From NCBI GenBank assembly GCA_002269645.1, contig NIVC01000143.1, positions 434,001-498,000 of the forward strand: a stretch of DNA of 64,000 nucleotides, read 5' to 3'. Every line of letters begins with the position of its first letter. Position 1 is the stretch's first letter. The position numbers were made by a program, and so were the translations under genes. Source of the stretch: Macrostomum lignano. Taxonomy: Eukaryota. Of this stretch, positions 61,226 through 64,000 are shown piece after piece. The notes below the pieces were generated by a model, which ran no database searches, was not told the DNA's origin, and saw only the letters and a program-made list of their open reading frames with translations.

Positions 61226-61536
61226 CTAACATTGAGTGGGCTAGATTTTTGTTGTGAGCCCAAGGGCCGGATAGAGAGGCTTTACAAGCTACATGTAGCT
61301 GGCAGGCCAGAGTTTGCCAACTCCTAAATTAACCTAACTAATGTAACTACAAGGGTATCTAAAAAGTTTTTTAGACTCAACCATTTTACCATTTGCTTGA
61401 AAAGATTGGAGTCCAAAAACATTTTAAGTACCCTCATTCATACTTGTATTACATGGAGAATCCTATGCAATTTGGCATTAAAACAAAAATGGTGCAATTT
61501 GGTGCAAAATCAAAAAGTTTTAACAAGACAATATCT

Positions 61537-61968
61537 GGCAATCTTCTAGTTTTGCACATTTAATTATTTTAAAGCATTTTTAATTATTTTCAGCAAAGCA
61601 GGTACTTGCATTATCACTGATCAGTGGCAAGCATACAACCAACTGCCCAATCATTTGACAATGAACCACCGGCTACACTTTGTGGACCCTAACCACCCAG
61701 AAGTCCACATGAACACAGTGGAGGGCACATGGGCCCATGCTAAGGCCCATTTCAGGGCCATGCATGGCACGTCCAAGGCCCTGTTTGACACCTACTTTCT
61801 CTGACGAATTTCTCTGGCATCGCTGCCACCCGCGCAACACCTTTGGGAACATCCTTTTCTGGGTGGCGCACTATTATGCCGTCTAAGGCATAAAACATAA
61901 AACAAAACTGTCATTAACTGTTGTTTTAAAAATAGTTTGAATTAAACGTGCAAAACTAGAAGATTGCC
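61537..61968 (+). mobile_element. Non-autonomous Merlin (IS1016/ISXO2-like) DNA transposon, 432 bp
   Basis: 29-bp TIRs (ggcaatcttctagttttgcacatttaatt at 61537; inverse at 61940-61968, 28/29 match). 8-bp TSD CAATATCT at 61529-61536 and 61969-61976. Internal transposase C-terminus 61598-61886 (GTCIITDQWQAY...TMNHRLHFVDP...NTVEGTWAHAK...DEFLW) with one frameshift. Confidence 0.92.
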
Positions 61969-62371
61969 CAATATCTTCACAGATAGAAAAGTAGCACTTT
62001 TTGTTTTTAGGTATATTGATGGCTTCTTTAATTAAAATATGTTAATTAACATTGTATTTTTTATAAAACAGATTCAAATATAGGCTAAAGTTTTACAAAT
62101 ATAAGTATTTTTCAAATTAAAAAATATAGATTATTGTGTTTTGTTTTTTATGACAAAAGTTTTAGCACATAGTGCAAGCAAACTTATTTTATGGGAATAA
62201 TTCTGGCACATAGCACAATAAAACATTTTGGATAGGATTTTTTCTAGCATAGGTATGCCATGTCATAGTCTAGATTATACTAGGTATGTGTAAACAAAAA
62301 TTAAAGGGTTACAAATGTATGCCAAAATATGTGCATGCCTACATACTCTGAATTCTATACTACAACTACAG

Positions 62372-62470
62372 CAATAAATGACCTTTTTTGCATTATAACA
62401 ATAAATGACCTTTTTTGCATTATAACAATAAATGACCCTTTTTGCATTATAACAATAAATGACCTTTTTG
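62372..62470. repeat. 27-nt tandem repeat (caataaatgaccttttttgcattataa), about 3.6 copies
   Basis: Units start at 62372, 62399, 62426 and 62453. Confidence 0.9.
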
Positions 62471-64000
62471 CTAGTGTTCCGCCATAGCCATAGCTACAGC
62501 TATGGGATCCCATGGCAAATATGGTAAAATAGGTGCCTATGGCAACTATGGATACACCTATGGTAGCTAGCTGCTCTTATGGCTATGACTAGGGGCCTTG
62601 GAAATATGGTAATTGCTATCACATTTTGTAGATTGCTGTAGCTGTAGTTATTAATTTAAAAAACTGAAAAAATATTAGAAATAGGTAGAGTAAGTGAGGC
62701 AGGCAATTCTTCTTTATTCTTTATTCTATTAGTCTGTTTTATTCATCGAAACTATGTCATTCAAATTCGCGCGAAAAAACTGAGAAACATATTTTGTTTT
62801 AATACTCGTATTTTCTATATTATTTTGCGCTAACGAATTTTTGTTTAAAACTGTAGCAAATTTTATTATAAATAGAAGCGATTTCAGCGGAGGAGAAGAC
62901 AACCTCGCGCATCGCGGTTCCGCAATAAGTGATTGATAGCGAATAGTAAGAGTTCCGAGAAAATAAGAATTGAAGAAGTGCTTTCTGTGTTAATTCCTTT
63001 TACGAAGTAAGAGTGAAATAGACTGAAGCGTATACAGTACATACTATTAAGAAGCAGCAGTATTGAGTAGTAAGAGAATACGAAGTAGATCTGAAGTGAT
63101 TCGTGAAAGAATAACCGGAGGCTGTGACCCTCTGATCTCGGTAACGCCCAAGGACTTGCAAAGTACATGGAATAATACCAGTATAGCCAATAGACCACTC
63201 AGGCCAAAAGTACAGTAAACGCTACCGGAATCAGAATAAACGCTACCAGAATAACAGAGAAATAATACTTATAAGGGCTAATAGTTTCCAAGAATAATAT
63301 CCAAGAATAATTCCAAGAATAATACACAGACTAAATACTCAGACTAAATACTAAGATATATACTCAGATCAATTCTAAGAAACGTTTCTCGGATTATTCT
63401 AAGATTGATAAACTCATAATTTATTAATAGGATAATCCTGGTGGCAGCAACTTAACAAGAACACTTAAAGATTAGTGTAGGAAGTTAGCCCTAGCACAGC
63501 TTGGTGGCAATTAGTGGGATAGTTGGAGGACAGAAGTAACCCCTACGACAACTTTGGTGACCTAACGGTGGGATAATTTCAGTAAGAGGAAGTTACACGC
63601 CTGTAACATAAGTAAAACAAAGATACTTTAGTAAACTATATTATCAATTTAGAAACTTATAGGATATACCTAATAAAGTACAATAAAACACTAGCAAACT
63701 CAAATTTTTATTAATGTGAAAAAATACAACACTAGTAGGGTACTTGATTAGCAATTAAGTATTGTTGCTCTGTAAAAAGATGAAATATAATCTTACAAAG
63801 GCAATTGAGTGTTTCTTTTTTTCCAAATTAATTCACAGTTGTTTAAGCACCAGGTTATCTTCTTGATTTAAAATATTTTGTTTTCTAGACTTTTTGTTAA
63901 AACTGGCTATGGCTACAGGAACAATGGGAATATAATATTGGGGTCCCTATGGCTACAGAATACAGAGAATTAGAACAAGCCATAGATTTGCTTATGGCTA

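Overview
Eukaryotic genomic DNA: intron-containing genes with GT-AG sites, standard code, dense minisatellites. The style suggests a free-living flatworm such as Macrostomum, but this is inference only. One + strand gene (MOGS, 5' end outside the window) converges on a run of - strand genes: LRRC34, a giant (~1,928 aa) SUN-domain protein, a CD36/SCARB receptor, and two paralogous ~1,500 aa TRP channels. The TRP pair comes from a tandem segmental duplication (~3.65-22.8 kb vs ~23.1-39.0 kb) that also copied a MOGS exon and a gypsy relic. The two last exons of an ARL16-like gene lie at 21.2-21.6 kb. Mobile DNA includes a non-autonomous Merlin element with TIRs and an 8-bp TSD, a tRNA-headed SINE and gypsy fragments. 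About 20 tandem arrays fill introns and intergenic gaps. Top leads: (1) TRP channels joining ~15 ankyrin repeats to a TRPM/TRPS-like channel; (2) a SUN protein with a ~1,390-aa luminal repeat stalk; (3) splice acceptors just before the ATG of the co-oriented genes, suggesting trans-splicing or an operon; (4) unrelated minisatellites sharing a GTCACT core oriented with transcription. All alignments, counts and family calls were made by eye; no database search was run.
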